Below, piece after piece: positions 8,477 to 16,240 of a stretch of 43,342 nucleotides of DNA. A program made the translations under genes and the position numbers. Source of the DNA: a virus (lineage: Duplodnaviria; Caudoviricetes); IMG/VR virus record IMGVR_UViG_3300033067_000406, positions 1 through 43,342 of that record; one strand, written 5' to 3'. The stretch's first letter is position 1. Each line of letters starts with the position of its first letter. The notes under the pieces were generated by a model. That model was not told the DNA's origin and did no database searches. It was given only the letters and a program-made list of their open reading frames with translations.

Positions 8477-8724
8477 TGAGCAACCTCCTCGGGAGTATCG
8501 TGGCGATCATCGTCAATGCGCTCCTGGGGAGGTTCTTTCCGAGCCACCCTAAGGTTGACCCCTCGGTGGTGGCCCAAGCTGAGAGGGACCGGGGAGACAC
8601 CCTCCAGTCCCAGAAGGATGCCCACCATGCGGCTGAAGATGTTCGCCACGATGTTGCTGCTCGTCCCGCTGATGGGCTGCGCCGGCATGATGCCAACGAG
8701 TACGACCAAGGCAAGCCCTTATGA
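8476..8724 (+). CDS. i-spanin (Rz-like)
   Basis: N-terminal TM then helical periplasmic part; overlapped by a lipoprotein gene. Confidence 0.65.
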   Translation: MSNLLGSIVAIIVNALLGRFFPSHPKVDPSVVAQAERDRGDTLQSQKDAHHAAEDVRHDVAARPADGLRRHDANEYDQGKPL

Positions 8725-8884
8725 GGTCACCCAGGAGGTGGCCGCTGTGAAGGACTCGGCATGGGATGGCTTCTGTGCTGTAGCCGAGCCGATCCCGTGG
8801 ATGGGCACCATGCCCGACCCAATCATCCGCAAGATCAAAGCCCACAATCACCTAGGCGCCCTTCATTGTGGGTGGCCGGAATGA
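8627..8884 (+). CDS. o-spanin lipoprotein (Rz1-like)
   Basis: MRLKMFATMLLLVPLMG-C lipobox; overlaps the i-spanin 3' end in another frame; AAGGA RBS. Confidence 0.7.
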   Translation: MRLKMFATMLLLVPLMGCAGMMPTSTTKASPYEVTQEVAAVKDSAWDGFCAVAEPIPWMGTMPDPIIRKIKAHNHLGALHCGWPE

Positions 8885-8891
8885 ACACGCC

Positions 8892-11588
8892 ATGCGCTTC
8901 GACATCCCCCCTGAAAAGATTGAGGAACAGATCCAACGGGAAGAGTCGCAGCGCGAAGCCGCAATGGGCCGCCGTTTCGGATCGGCGGCTAATGGCTTCC
9001 TCGGCCCAGTCATCTCCCGGTGGATCAACGCCTCCGTCTCTCCAATCGCTATTCGAGTCCGTCAAGCCAGTGAGCGATACCTTGCTGGAGACATGCCTAC
9101 GTTCGGGCGGCTCCTTGATAGTCCAGTTTTCGGACTCGCTACTGCCTACGATAGTGGATCCCCAGAGTTTCTATCGCCAATCCTAGAGTGGTCTCTCAAG
9201 GGTGGATCACCGGGGCGGGTAGGCTCGGAGGTCACCTTCGCGGAGGACCTAGTGCTGTCCGTGGTGGGCCGCACCATCAGTGACCTAGCCCAGAGATCCC
9301 TCCTATCGCACGGCAAGCAGGCGCTCGAAGGGGTCGCCGGCCTGTCCCTCGCTATGGTCCTCTCCAATGCGGCCTCCACGTGCCGCGAGACGGCGCTCGG
9401 CCAGTTCATCACCCATGCCCAGGGTGCGGCCGCAATGGGGGCTGTACGGCGCCCGGATCGCTCCTCGTGGGCACAGCGCCAGAAGATGGGCAAGATCGCC
9501 AACGTGTTGTCCAGCCAGGTGCGCCATGCCCTGGCGAGCGAAGCCAAGGGGGAGATCAACCTGGAACACTTTGGTGCCCGCACCATCGTGAAGGTCATAG
9601 ACCCCAACCACCTGGAGACTGGCCCCCGGCGTATCTCCATCAAGGCTGACACCCTGGAGGACTCCGATTGGATGCTCGCCAAGCTGGCGGTCTTCCCCAA
9701 GGGCGAGGATGACCCGGCGAAGAACGCTTGGATCACGTTCGCCATGATGGTCCTCTGTGCTGCCCAGGTGGAGCATGGGTGGTTTGATCTCACCAAGGCC
9801 CACACCCCGCGCCAACTCAAGAGCAAGGCCACCTCCAAGCGCACCCGCTACCTCGTCCTAGCGGAGAAGCCCCGGCACCACCTGAAGCAGGACCTCCAGA
9901 AGTGGATCGGGATGGGGTTCGCCTATGATCCTATGGTGATACCGCCCCCGGATGGCACCTACTTGACGGTGAAGACAAAGGCGGTCACTGGTAGGAACGG
10001 GCCGCATGGTTGGCGGACTCACGGAGAGGGGACCACAGCGTGGGAACTGGCGGCCGATGTCATGGCGGCGACTCCTTGGCAGATCGCAAGGGATACGCTC
10101 AATGAGATCAATTCAGGAAGTCCTCTCACGGATCTTGCTCATCATGCCGTTCCTGACGAGACCGCTAGGCGTCTCATCCTATCTGCACATAGTCGGGACA
10201 GCCATCAGGACGCTATCTACCTCCCCCTATACATGGACTTTCGCGGACGCATATACCCGCGCACCTCGTGGGTATCGTACCAGGGGAACGATCTACAGAA
10301 GGGACTACTTCGGTGGCCTGCCGGCGCGGGTACGCCCGGGGAGGAGGCTCTCGCCCTCCATGTTACGGCTCTAATAGGTCACGACAAGAAGCCCCTCCCG
10401 GAGCGCCTCAAGATCTACCGGGCCTTGGACCCCAGGCGAGACCACATGATCTCTGGCGATGAGCCCATCCAGTTATGGACCGCCATGAACCTCCTCTCGC
10501 AAGGCCAGGGCGACTCCATCCCCATCCAGATTGACGGCACCTGTAATGGGCTCCAGCATCTCAGCGCCATGTTCCGCGACCACGAGGCGGCTCCCTGGGT
10601 TAATCTCGCCGGATCATCCCACGCGAGTCCACCGGGTGACCTTTACACCGAGGTGGCCGGGATCGCTACCCTGGAGGTCGCCCTCCGCGCGGCCAGCGGC
10701 GAGGCGTGGGCCATGCGGCTCAAGAGTAGCGGAGCGAGCATCACGCGAGCAACTGTGAAGCGGCCCGTGATGGTCCTCCCCTACGGTGGCACTATGATGG
10801 CGATTGAGGAGGGGGTGACCGAGGGGATCTTGGACCAGGATGGGATCCACGGGGACCTCTGGAAGAAGTGCCTCAAGACGCAGGGCGAGGTGGACCCCGA
10901 AGCCATCGCCGGCAACTACCTGGCGTTCGCGGATCGTGAGTTGAAGGAGCACCCCCTCTTCAAGCGGGACATGCAGCGGCTCGCCAAGCTGGTGTACGAT
11001 GCGATCAAGAAGGTGATCCCCAAAGCGATGGAGGCTATGGATGCGTTTAAGGCAATTGCTGGGTGTGTTGGTGACCGGGCGCTGGAGTGGAGCAACGGCG
11101 TTATGCCTAGCCCTCTTTGGGTTGTTCATGCTTATCCTAACTCCGAAAGACGAACCTCAATCTTCCGTGGCTTCCACCTTCCCAATTCAGTGCGGGGTCT
11201 AGCGATGAAGTGCGGGCGTGATGACATCAACCCCAAGATGCACCGCACGGGGATCGTGGCGAACTTCATCCATAGCCAGGACGCGGCGCACCTTGTCCAC
11301 ACGATGAAGCACTTCGCGGCTCAAGGTGGGACCGCCTTTGGAGCCAACCATGATTGCCTCTACACCAGGAGCAGCCAAGCGCGGATACTTGGTGGGGCCG
11401 TGCGGTGGGCCATGATGAAACGCTACAGTTATGACCCTTTGATGAACCCGGTGAGGCTCCGGGGGCTTGACAAAACGGAGGCTTTCGAGTCATGGTACGT
11501 CCTCGCTAAACACTTCGGCGTTGAGTTCCCAGAGATGGGCCGCTGGAAGCCGATGGAGGTTCTCGATAGTGCCTGGTTCTTTTCCTGA
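8892..11588 (+). CDS. T7-like single-subunit DNA-directed RNA polymerase
   Basis: DFRGRIYP, motif A DGTCNGLQH, motif B RATVKRPVMVLPYGG, ANFIHSQDA, motif C HDC, C-terminal FFS. Confidence 0.96.
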   Translation: MRFDIPPEKIEEQIQREESQREAAMGRRFGSAANGFLGPVISRWINASVSPIAIRVRQASERYLAGDMPTFGRLLDSPVFGLATAYDSGSPEFLSPILEWSLKGGSPGRVGSEVTFAEDLVLSVVGRTISDLAQRSLLSHGKQALEGVAGLSLAMVLSNAASTCRETALGQFITHAQGAAAMGAVRRPDRSSWAQRQKMGKIANVLSSQVRHALASEAKGEINLEHFGARTIVKVIDPNHLETGPRRISIKADTLEDSDWMLAKLAVFPKGEDDPAKNAWITFAMMVLCAAQVEHGWFDLTKAHTPRQLKSKATSKRTRYLVLAEKPRHHLKQDLQKWIGMGFAYDPMVIPPPDGTYLTVKTKAVTGRNGPHGWRTHGEGTTAWELAADVMAATPWQIARDTLNEINSGSPLTDLAHHAVPDETARRLILSAHSRDSHQDAIYLPLYMDFRGRIYPRTSWVSYQGNDLQKGLLRWPAGAGTPGEEALALHVTALIGHDKKPLPERLKIYRALDPRRDHMISGDEPIQLWTAMNLLSQGQGDSIPIQIDGTCNGLQHLSAMFRDHEAAPWVNLAGSSHASPPGDLYTEVAGIATLEVALRAASGEAWAMRLKSSGASITRATVKRPVMVLPYGGTMMAIEEGVTEGILDQDGIHGDLWKKCLKTQGEVDPEAIAGNYLAFADRELKEHPLFKRDMQRLAKLVYDAIKKVIPKAMEAMDAFKAIAGCVGDRALEWSNGVMPSPLWVVHAYPNSERRTSIFRGFHLPNSVRGLAMKCGRDDINPKMHRTGIVANFIHSQDAAHLVHTMKHFAAQGGTAFGANHDCLYTRSSQARILGGAVRWAMMKRYSYDPLMNPVRLRGLDKTEAFESWYVLAKHFGVEFPEMGRWKPMEVLDSAWFFS

Positions 11589-11597
11589 GGTCGCATC

Positions 11598-11792
11598 GTG
11601 ACCGCTGCTTTCCCTAGTGACGGCACATGGGTGTACTGGAGGGTCCTCGGGGCACCTCCCTCCACTGAGTATCACAAGAGTGTGTGGTTCTCGCTCACGG
11701 GTGACCTCGTTAGGTTGGCCGACCACGCAGCCTACCCTACGGCCGGTCGGGTAGTGAACCGCAATGAGATTGAATGGGTGTTGACACCCTAA
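11598..11792 (+). CDS. small hypothetical protein
   Basis: GAGG RBS, GTG start. Confidence 0.6.
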   Translation: MTAAFPSDGTWVYWRVLGAPPSTEYHKSVWFSLTGDLVRLADHAAYPTAGRVVNRNEIEWVLTP

Positions 11793-11809
11793 AGAGTCGC
11801 CCCTACAGT
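11781..11809 (+). promoter_or_regulatory. sigma70-type promoter upstream of SSB
   Basis: TTGACA-17 bp-TACAGT. Confidence 0.55.
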
Positions 11810-11843
11810 TCCCTCTTCCCGTACCAACCAAGGAGACACCCCT

Positions 11844-12647
11844 TTGTCAACCAACCGTAAATCCGCCAAGCGCACCTCGCGCAAGCTGCCAGAAGCGGCG
11901 AAGCCCGCCCAGGAAGCCCGCCCCCTGTCCGTCCGGTCCTTCGAGATCGTCAAGGGGCCGCCCGGCCTGCTCGGCTACAACCACATGCTCTCCCCAGATG
12001 AAGCCTTCGGCAAGAGCCAGTTCAAGGCGGATGTCCACTACGCGCCCAACGCCAAGGCGATCCTGCTGGACCGCATCAACGCCGCCTACTGGGACCTCAT
12101 CCCGGATCTGAAGGCCCAGGCCGTTGAAGCCAAGGCGGAGAAGAAGCTAAAGGTCCCCTCCAAGGCGGACATCATCTCGGCCCTCTCGGAGAAGTTCAAG
12201 GAGCCGAAGGAAGGCTTCATCACCGAGGATGCCGGGTTCCAGTTCTCCGTGAACTCCACCTATATGTACAAGGGCGAGGAGCAGCACGTCACCGTGAAGC
12301 TGTTTGACGCCCACGGCGCCCCCCTGGACATGAAGGCCAGCAAGATCGCCCGTGGTTCCATCGTGATGCCCATGTTCACTGTGGGGGCTTGGGCCGGAGC
12401 CTCGCCGTTCTCCAAGTGGGTCGCCCTGCCAACCATCCGCTTCGTGGGCCTCCAAGTTCTCAAGCTGGTCCAGTACGCCAAGGGCGATGGCCAGGGTGGA
12501 GCCTCGGAGGTCTCGGCTGCTGACCTGGCGCTGCTGGGTGAAAGTTTCTCGGCGGATGACCTGTCCATGTTCGTCAAGCCGGCCGAGGGTAAGGCCTCCA
12601 AGGCGACTCCGGCCGAGCAGGACATGGAAGACGAGATCCCCTTCTAA
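11844..12647 (+). CDS. single-stranded DNA-binding protein (T7 gp2.5-like)
   Basis: position, GLQVLKLVQY strand, acidic tail ending EDEIPF; TTG start after AAGGAG. Confidence 0.88.
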   Translation: MSTNRKSAKRTSRKLPEAAKPAQEARPLSVRSFEIVKGPPGLLGYNHMLSPDEAFGKSQFKADVHYAPNAKAILLDRINAAYWDLIPDLKAQAVEAKAEKKLKVPSKADIISALSEKFKEPKEGFITEDAGFQFSVNSTYMYKGEEQHVTVKLFDAHGAPLDMKASKIARGSIVMPMFTVGAWAGASPFSKWVALPTIRFVGLQVLKLVQYAKGDGQGGASEVSAADLALLGESFSADDLSMFVKPAEGKASKATPAEQDMEDEIPF

Positions 12648-12700
12648 CCAATGGTGCCTACCAAGCCGGGACTGGTGGTTAGACCCGGCGCCTATATAAA

Positions 12701-12768
12701 GTGACTCTCCCATTGTTCATATCCCCGGAGGTATTCAGCCCTCGGGAGTAGAGCAATGGGAGTTCCAC
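12701..12768 (+). promoter_or_regulatory. long hairpin occluding an RBS (RNase III site-like)
   Basis: CTCCCATTGTTC/GAGCAATGGGAG 12 bp stem plus inner stem; 3' arm contains the GGGAG SD. Confidence 0.6.
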
Positions 12769-12769
12769 C

Positions 12770-13135
12770 ATATTCAAGTTCCCGAAGTTCCGCCGTAAGC
12801 GGGATAAGCTGCCCGAGGGCGTCAAGTCCCTCGTTGACCGCGACCGTCTCAACCATGCCTCCAAGAAGGCCGTGGCCGAGGCTACTGTCAAACTGTTCGC
12901 CACCATCCAGAAGCAACCCCGGGAGGTCCAACTCCTGGCGCTTGCGGCTGCGTTCGTCATCCAGTCCGAAGCCCTGCGTTTCGACACCGGGGAAGCGTAC
13001 CAGGCGATCACCAACCTGATGAAGGACAACACCCACGCATCCGGGCGGGATCACCGCTTTGACGCGATGGCGTTCCACATCAGGACCGAACTGGACAAGG
13101 GTAGCGCCGAGTTCAATCCCGCCGATGGTGTCTAA
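12770..13135 (+). CDS. hypothetical protein, probable ATA start (ORF track starts at GTG 12872)
   Basis: frame open from 12752; GGGAG-7 nt-ATA; coding-like codons for FKFPKFRRKRDKLPEGVKSLVDRDRLN. Confidence 0.65.
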   Translation: MFKFPKFRRKRDKLPEGVKSLVDRDRLNHASKKAVAEATVKLFATIQKQPREVQLLALAAAFVIQSEALRFDTGEAYQAITNLMKDNTHASGRDHRFDAMAFHIRTELDKGSAEFNPADGV

Positions 13136-13466
13136 CCTAGACGCCCCCATCCGGGCGATCCTCAAAGCCAACCCCAACATGCTAGTGCCTCACTACCTCA
13201 TCCACTCGTACCTCTACTACGAGTTGGACACGGCGGTGATCTCCGATTGTTTCTACGAGGAGATCTGTAGGTGGCTGCAACGGGAATGGCCGAGGGTCGC
13301 CCACCGCCACAAGGATCTAATTGACTTCGGATCCCTGGCGGCCGGCACCGGGTACTACCTCAAGGACTATCCCGGTCTGGTTGAAGGCGCCGCGAAGGAT
13401 CTGGTCCACACTCTCAACGCGCTCACAAAGAAAGGTAAACGCACATCGCGGAAACGAAAGGTATAG
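13125..13466 (+). CDS. stand-alone NAD+-dependent DNA ligase domain Ia-like protein
   Basis: HSYLYYELDTAVISDCFYE resembles the LigA Ia motif HxxxYYxxDxPxISDxxYD; no adenylation domain. Confidence 0.7.
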   Translation: MVSNLDAPIRAILKANPNMLVPHYLIHSYLYYELDTAVISDCFYEEICRWLQREWPRVAHRHKDLIDFGSLAAGTGYYLKDYPGLVEGAAKDLVHTLNALTKKGKRTSRKRKV

Positions 13467-13534
13467 GCGGCATCCAAAGCCGCTTCGGCAACGTCATCAC
13501 GGCGATCCGCCCCAGCTTGATCGAGAGGTCAACT

Positions 13535-13669
13535 TTGGTGGACATCGAGATCCGCTTCGGCGCCTCGGTGGAGGAGCGTGAGTCCGTCATCACCTCCATG
13601 TTCATGGCCGGCTACAAGCTGCGAAATGACGAACTCAACACCCTAACCTTCCTGAAGGAGAATGAATGA
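13535..13669 (+). CDS. small hypothetical protein (not in ORF track; may extend to 13463)
   Basis: GAGAGG RBS, TTG/GTG start, ATGA overlap with next gene. Confidence 0.55.
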   Translation: MVDIEIRFGASVEERESVITSMFMAGYKLRNDELNTLTFLKENE

Positions 13670-13866
13670 AAATTACGATCACGGGGCGCATTGCCCTGAC
13701 TGAAGCCAACGCCAAGTGCCAGGCGCTATTCCCCGAACTGGTGAAGGGCCTGGTGCAGATCCTCCAGGGTCAAGACTTTGATGTGGTGGAGTTCGACTCT
13801 AACACCGGGACGTTCTCGGCCGAGCAGATCTTCCCCGATGACCAACTCAGGGAGGACCTCCGCTAA
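13666..13866 (+). CDS. small hypothetical protein
   Basis: AAGGAG RBS, coupled at both ends. Confidence 0.7.
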   Translation: MKITITGRIALTEANAKCQALFPELVKGLVQILQGQDFDVVEFDSNTGTFSAEQIFPDDQLREDLR

Positions 13867-14204
13867 TGTCACAACACGATCAACTCGCCAATGCCGGCGT
13901 GTGCATCCTCCTATGGGTCCTCTTCCTGGACTTCCTCTGGGCCGCGATCTTCGTGATGCTCATTGCACGGGTGCCACCCAAGGTGGATCCCGAACAGTGC
14001 CCCAATGATCCCGGTAGCTGCCCTCTCTGCGATGGCGACCGTGAACTCTGTGCAGAGATCTCCCAGGCGTCCATCGCCGCGCAACGAAAGGACCGAACGC
14101 CTGAAAACCTCAACCCGGAAGAAGTTGGCCGAGCAAGCGTATCGGCTGCGACCGCAACAGAAGAAGTTTGCTACGCTCCGAGAAACCTTTCGGTCGGGCC
14201 TTGA
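13866..14204 (+). CDS. membrane-anchored Cys-rich hypothetical protein
   Basis: GGAGG RBS, TAATG coupling, N-terminal TM, CPxxxxxCPLC; overlaps endonuclease gene. Confidence 0.5.
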   Translation: MSQHDQLANAGVCILLWVLFLDFLWAAIFVMLIARVPPKVDPEQCPNDPGSCPLCDGDRELCAEISQASIAAQRKDRTPENLNPEEVGRASVSAATATEEVCYAPRNLSVGP

Positions 14205-14601
14205 AGAAAAGATCGCCCAGCAAATCTCCAACGCTGGCGCGACCTTCGCCTTCGAGAAGTTCTACCTCCCCTGGACTGCCCCCGAGAAGCCCCACAAGTA
14301 CACCCCCGACTTTCTCCTACAGAACGGGATCATTGTGGAGACCAAGGGGCTGTTCCAAACCAGTGACCGCCAGAAGATGAAGCGTATCCGGGAGATGTAC
14401 CCGGATCTCGATATTCGCTTCGTGTTCTCCAATGCACAGGCTCGCATTGCGAAGAAGTCTAAGACGACTTACGCTATGTGGGCTGAAGCGAATGGGTTCA
14501 AGTGGGCGCACCGGGACATCCCCCCGGCGTGGCTCAAAGAACCCGCTGAAGTCAAGCGTATCGCGGCGGCGAAGCTGGCGTTGAAGCCTAAGGGTAAGTA
14601 G
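14032..14601 (+). CDS. endonuclease I / Holliday junction resolvase (T7 gp3-like); start uncertain
   Basis: FRSGLEEKIA, KYTPDFLL, IIVETKG, DIRFVF, KTTYAMWAE. Confidence 0.93.
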   Translation: MATVNSVQRSPRRPSPRNERTERLKTSTRKKLAEQAYRLRPQQKKFATLRETFRSGLEEKIAQQISNAGATFAFEKFYLPWTAPEKPHKYTPDFLLQNGIIVETKGLFQTSDRQKMKRIREMYPDLDIRFVFSNAQARIAKKSKTTYAMWAEANGFKWAHRDIPPAWLKEPAEVKRIAAAKLALKPKGK

Positions 14602-14604
14602 CCC

Positions 14605-14634
14605 TTGACAAGAACATGGGGTGTCTCGTATGGT
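14605..14634 (+). promoter_or_regulatory. sigma70-type promoter
   Basis: TTGACA-18 bp-TATGGT, intergenic. Confidence 0.55.
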
Positions 14635-14697
14635 CCAACTCATCGGTATGTAGCCCCGTTCGGGGAACACCTTTTGAACCACACACGGAGACACCCC

Positions 14698-15297
14698 ATG
14701 TTCAATCTTCTTCGCGGCACCAAGCCGTATGTCGCTCCCCAGCCCATCGTTTCGGATGGCGAGGCGGATCCCCGTTATGTCCGCAATGCCCGTAACCAGC
14801 CGGAGTTCGGTTCGGTTCTCATCACGCTGGACCATCTCATCGCCCGTGGCACGGACCACCATGTGCGCGTCAAGGTGGTGTACTCCACTGAGACCGCCGC
14901 CGAGTCGCTGCTCTCCCTGATGCACGACTACTACCCGCAGCACGGTGCGCCGTCCCTGCCCATCAAGGATATGTCCACCTTCGAGATCCTGAAGCAGTTG
15001 GACGAAGATCCGGCCAACAACATCGCCTTGTACTTCGTCCCCGTTGTGGTTGACCGCCAGGGCGGAAACATCGTCCAGGTTGTTCTCAGCAACATCGCCT
15101 TGCAGAACCTCGTGGTCCACCCTGCGTTCGGTGCCGGCTCGTCTCTCCTGGCGATGGACGCCCTGGTGGGTGCAGTGACCAGGATCGCTGAGGCCGCCAT
15201 CAAGCAGGCTGGGCTGTTGCCCGAACTCCTGTTGCTTCAGTTGCAGGACAAGGCTGTGGATCGCCAGGCCGAGCAGCGGGAAACCGTCAACGCTTAG
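14698..15297 (+). CDS. orphan hypothetical protein (199 aa)
   Basis: GGAG RBS, ATG 14698, typical codon usage; no recognisable motif. Confidence 0.75.
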   Translation: MFNLLRGTKPYVAPQPIVSDGEADPRYVRNARNQPEFGSVLITLDHLIARGTDHHVRVKVVYSTETAAESLLSLMHDYYPQHGAPSLPIKDMSTFEILKQLDEDPANNIALYFVPVVVDRQGGNIVQVVLSNIALQNLVVHPAFGAGSSLLAMDALVGAVTRIAEAAIKQAGLLPELLLLQLQDKAVDRQAEQRETVNA

Positions 15298-15484
15298 TCA
15301 AGTCACACAGTGGCGCGTTGCCACGCTTGAACCCAGTCTCGGCCGGGAATGTGCTGACTATAGCGACCCTTCCCTCACGGGATCGGTACACTACGGGACG
15401 GCCTCAGGTGGGTGTCTCATCTAGGGCCGCCGTGACTACCGGGATTGGTTTTGGGGCTGCTCCTCTCGCACAGGGAGTGGCCCC
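15295..15484 (+). ncRNA. candidate structured non-coding RNA
   Basis: three-way junction closed by TAGTCA/TGACTA, a 58 nt bulged rod (15384-15441) and a 12 bp hairpin (15453-15484) fill the intergenic gap. Confidence 0.45.
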
Positions 15485-15507
15485 TCCCCTTATAAGGCCC
15501 AGAGGTT

Positions 15508-15927
15508 ATGCCCTTGGATCACGACCTGCCATACTTCACCTACGAGATCACCACCGGGGAGTTGCTCCTACAGCAAGTCCAAGGGGATGAGTTCTACGGG
15601 ACTGGGTACTCTGGGATGGGGTTCGCCAGGAACAAGCCGGCCTATTGCTACTTGGTGGCCCAAGGTCCGATCCCAAAGGGTTGGTACACTATGACCGGCC
15701 CCTTCGATAACTATGTGAATGACGAGGAGCACCACCTCGGGAGCATCGTCTTCAAGCTGGCCCCCGACAAGGCCAACCAGATGTTCGGCCGCACGGGCTT
15801 CCTCCTGCACGGAAACAACCGCACCAATGACGCCTCAAAGGGCTGCATCGTGATGGGTCCCGGTATCCGATCCCACGTTGCGCGGGCTTTACAGATCCTC
15901 CACGTCAACCGCCTGAAGGTGATATGA
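15508..15927 (+). CDS. Tlde1/DUF2778-like L,D-transpeptidase-fold protein, candidate endolysin
   Basis: GYSG, GPIPKGWY, GRTGFLLHG...ASKGCIV (catalytic His/Cys). Confidence 0.8.
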   Translation: MPLDHDLPYFTYEITTGELLLQQVQGDEFYGTGYSGMGFARNKPAYCYLVAQGPIPKGWYTMTGPFDNYVNDEEHHLGSIVFKLAPDKANQMFGRTGFLLHGNNRTNDASKGCIVMGPGIRSHVARALQILHVNRLKVI

Positions 15928-15928
15928 T

Positions 15929-16240
15929 ATGAAACGATGCGAACGCTGCTGCCGCGCTGGCGACTCCCAGGAAGACATCCAAGGGGGTTGCGTGGACAAG
16001 CAAACCATCGGGTGCCCCACCCCGGTGCCGGTGGTTCCCGGTAAGGACATCGTGTTGGCTTGCCGCGCGGAGCCGTGTGGTAAGGTGGTCTCCTTCCCGG
16101 CCGCCAGGGTCATGAGCCGCTCGGTTCCCACTGAGGTCTCCTGCATGTTCGCCCCTTGCGCCATCGCCACGATCACCCCCGAGGCGGAAGCTGCCCCCGC
16201 TCCTCAGAAGAACGCCGGCCGTGGCAAAAGCAAAGGCTGA
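15929..16240 (+). CDS. Cys-rich hypothetical protein (start uncertain)
   Basis: fills the gap before primase; multiple Cys. Confidence 0.5.
   Translation: MKRCERCCRAGDSQEDIQGGCVDKQTIGCPTPVPVVPGKDIVLACRAEPCGKVVSFPAARVMSRSVPTEVSCMFAPCAIATITPEAEAAPAPQKNAGRGKSKG

Noticed and set aside
15301-15360. tRNA or hammerhead ribozyme
   Set aside because: No cloverleaf, T-arm stem or CCA on either strand; junction is GCTTGAA rather than CUGANGA
15318-15590. 90 aa ORF across the structured intergenic region
   Set aside because: TTG start without RBS, overlaps the DUF2778 gene out of frame, non-protein-like composition
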